DNA from: Neoechinorhynchus agilis
Taxonomy: Eukaryota > Animalia > Acanthocephala
Length of the DNA: 64,000 nucleotides
Reading direction: 5' to 3'
NCBI GenBank assembly: GCA_051530055.1
Contig: CM121342.1
Coordinates: 9,191,480 to 9,255,479, forward strand
This document shows positions 60,654 through 64,000 of the stretch, in pieces. The notes beneath the pieces are model-generated. The model saw only the letters and a list, made by a program, of their open reading frames with translations. It was not told the origin of the DNA and did no database searches. Each line of letters begins with the position of its first letter. Position 1 is the stretch's first letter. The translations under genes were made by a program, and so were the position numbers.

Positions 60654-63600
60654 AAATGCGCACCAATGTTTTGGCGGAGGGTGGCAAACGGCCACCCAAT
60701 TCCTTGAAGATCACTGTGCCTCCGGATCTTCGGAGACAAATCACCAACGTCTCCAGCGCTCTCCCGTCAACGGGCGTCGATGAATCAGTTATCTCCGATT
60801 CTCCTTGATAATTGCGGAGGGTCGGTACCAATCGAACATCGAGAGCAAATGCTCTCCCATCTCAAAGCAAAAACATCTTCGTCAAATGTCTTCTCAAACA
60901 TTATCAAGCTCTTCCTACCAAAAGATGGCCTTTTGTGGTCACTGTCAAATCTAACCCCATTCTTCCAAAACAAGTCATGTTCGACAAGCTGATTACTCCT
61001 TGGGCTCACACATTCAATAACGATGGCATAAAACGAGTTGATAAACTATCTTATTTCGCCGGCACCATGAGGATTTATGTTTCCAAATATGAATGGATGT
61101 CCAATCTGGTTAAATTCGCCAATTCCAATCTTCCTAATAATCTCTACACGGTCTCTGCAACCTCGCAAAAGGTTCAATTTCTTGTTCATGGACTCCAACC
61201 GGACATATGCAAGGAGGATAGGGATCTTTTCGAATCATCATTCGGCTGCACAATTAAATACTTCATCAAATCAAGAAAATCTGGACTTCCAATTTCTATT
61301 GCAGCCGTTGAGGGTATGAGACATTTGCGTGATGACCTCTGCACCAGCAGACCTCGAGCCTTCGACTGCTTCTCGATCCATTTTACTTTGAAATCCTTCA
61401 GTGAGCAAGATGATTATGTTTTCCCCCGCTGCAATATATGCCAGCAATGGGGTCACTGGTGTCAAAACTGCAAAAATCAGAAGGATGCTAAATGTTGCCA
61501 CTGCTCCTGCGCCGATCATACCTCAGATCGCTGCCCGACCCACTTAAGAGGCATTGCGCAAATTGTCAGGGACCTCATGCTGCTTTCTTCGAAGGCTGCC
61601 CAGAGTTTAAGCGATACTGGGCGTGGTTCAAAAATAGGGGGAATATTCCCTCTATTTCGCCGGCCCGAGGCTCCTCAAGCTCGGCTTCAGCTTCGTCTGC
61701 TCAGGTCACTTCTTCAGTCAATAACCCAACCTTCACGAATGCGAACTCGACTCCTGTCTCTTCTAACAATCAACTGGTCAACATGGAGCTGCTGGAGTGT
61801 CGCCTCGAAGAGGTATGTAACAACATGTTCACTACAATGCAAGCCCGAATCACCGAGGCTTTGATCACCTTCGAAAGGAAAGTCAGTGTATTGTTAACAC
61901 GTTTATCGGAACTTCCTATTACGCTCTCCTCGTTTCTCAAACATCCAAGCTCTTCCGTTCTCAAAAGACCCATTTCTACTCAAAACGGCGAATATAACCT
62001 CGTTGACGACTGCGTAGATAGGGATTCGGAATTCGTAAATCAAATCATTAAGGAGCAGTCTTAACTAATCAATAACGGAGTTGCGGACCTTATTCCCGTA
62101 GCAGGCCCGATCCGCAGAAAATCCAAAAAGCCCAGGTAATGGTAGAGAACTTGCGCCTGTTGCAGTGGCACTGTGGGGGGGCGGCCAATCTTCCGAAAAT
62201 TAATAATCTCATACCGGGAGCTTCCATCTTACTTTTACAAGAAAGCAAGAGTATTTTTAATGCCTCTCAACTTTTTAATCTCCTACCGCAGCTTGATTCT
62301 CATGAATACAATTCCTTTATCTCTGATCCATTCGAACATTCGTCTCAAGGGCTAATTTCTGTCTTCAAATCCTCTCTCAATCCCTCCTTATTATCTTCCT
62401 TCACGACAAATGAGCTATCCTACTCTGTCTTTAAATTTTATTTCACTCGCCGGCCTTTCACTATTGTCAATCTGTACATACGACCCGGTTTTATTCATCG
62501 TCCGGCCGTTAAGAATGTCATTGAATGCCTTCTTCGTGCCAATATTGACTTCATTGTTGGTGATTTTAACGATCCCTCAATGAAATGGTCCAAAGCCATA
62601 GTTAACTCCGCTAAACCTCAATACGAACTCTCCGCTCCTCTCACCCCATCCATTCAAATTCTAACTAAAAATAACACGCATTCCTTCCTGGATCTTATCA
62701 TTCACAGGAATGCTTAAATCTGCTAGTTCAAGTAGATCGTCAATTTTCTCGCTTCCACCTAACGGGTCATGATATCTTAATATGGTCTATCGGCTCCAAT
62801 AATACACTCAGGAGAGTCCTTCATTTGTCTCATCTGAACATCGCTTTTTTCAGAGCGGTTAGCTATCCACTTCTATCTTGTTCGGTTTTAACTAATTCTC
62901 TAAATTATTCCCTACCTCAAATTAACAGTTTTATCAATACCACCGCTAATCTGTTCCTCTATCAACCACGAAGAAGTTTTTCTAGACCTTATGAAAGAAG
63001 TTCCTTCCGTTTTATTGGGCGTGAATTATATCAAGCCAAAATTCGTGGAGATACTCTTCTTGTCAAAGTGCTCTTTAGTCATTACTGGGCTGCTCGATGT
63101 CGACAACAATTGGCTTCCGACCGCGCTACCCTAAAATCCTTACAACCATTCTCATCGTCCTGGTGGAATATGGTCTCTGGGAAGAAGAGGTTTATCAGTT
63201 GGAGGTCGAAACTCACCTCATGGTTAAAAGCATCCTCTATGGATCATATTCTCTCGTCTATCTTTGACTTTCATGCCTCATCTTGCGCTAAAGGCATTAC
63301 TCCTCCAGTCATTTTTAGGAGGCTAATTCCTAATCGATCTGATTTAAATCAATCTGATATTGTCAAAGTTTGGTCCCTAAATCCAAAATTGTCCTCGTCC
63401 AATAGCAAGGGACAAAATGCCTCTCCCTGCTTTCTCGGGAGAGTGTCCTCCTCATAGCGAATCTGATGTTGAAGTGCTCCCCTTATGCCTGGAGAGATAT
63501 CAACATTTCGAGGCGCATATTTTTAGTTAAGAATGGGAGGAAGTTAGTTAAGGCTCCCAACGACCTTCGGCCGATCTCCCCGCAAAATCCCCTGGTCACC

Positions 63601-64000
63601 ATCTATGAACGGGCTCTAGCGCATAAACTAAATCTTTTTATCAGGGAACAAGGCAAATCTGTTCACTGAGCGCTGGCTGACATTTACTCGAATTTCGGGG
63701 ACGATGCCTTCCCTCTACGTGCTATTTTAGCAGTGGACCTGTCTCAGGCTTTTGACAAAATCTCGCTGGGCTTTATTATCGAGATGTTAGAATTTTTCAG
63801 TGTTCCACATAATCTTATTGCCAGGATTCACAATACACTGTTTTCAAAGGCCTTCTTTTTTTGACGATGACGCTAAAAAAACCTTATATTACCCTCTTAA
63901 TGGTGTCCCACAGGGATCACCTCTCTCTCCTATCTTATTCCTCTTGGCCTCTCAATATCATGTACAAAACTTCTCTTATAACGCTAACTTGATCTGCTAT
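60654..64000 (+). mobile_element. Near full-length LINE (ORF1 with three CCHC knuckles; ORF2 APE-RT), disrupted, runs off the window
   Basis: CNICQQWGHWCQNC, CCHCSCADHTSDRC, CANCQGPHAAFFEGC; ORF2 from 62139 LLQW, LLLQES, NLYIRP, VGDFN, FLDL; DLRPIS, AVDLSQAFD, GVPQGSPLSPILF. Confidence 0.88.

Overview
Eukaryotic (metazoan-like, AT-rich, probably arthropod; species not determinable from sequence alone) repeat-dense, heterochromatin-like window. It is mostly decayed retroelements: CRE-clade RLE non-LTR elements, APE-RT LINEs with a triple-CCHC ORF1, an RTE-like element, Ty3/Gypsy remnants and at least six Penelope-like (GIY-YIG) remnants. Four tandem arrays are present (21-bp, 117-bp, 18-bp and a ~10.3-kb 102-bp satellite), plus two local segmental duplications. 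Host-type genes are few: an intact intronless aldo-keto reductase, disrupted CK1-like kinase, Alba/Rpp20-like and LRR genes, and a Cys/Pro-rich orphan ORF. The most notable structure is a set of Penelope-derived insertions sharing one architecture: a minimal hammerhead ribozyme near the 3' end, an inverted copy of the 3' end at the other terminus, a 26-30 nt unpaired 3' extension and 12-bp target duplications. These range from a 195-bp ribozyme-only fold-back to a 2.87-kb unit carrying ~1.75 kb of foreign cargo inserted into an LRR gene. The same LRR gene also carries a satellite-repeat block flanked by GAATTC. Many frameshifts lie in homopolymers, so some could be sequencing errors. All alignments and folds were done by eye.
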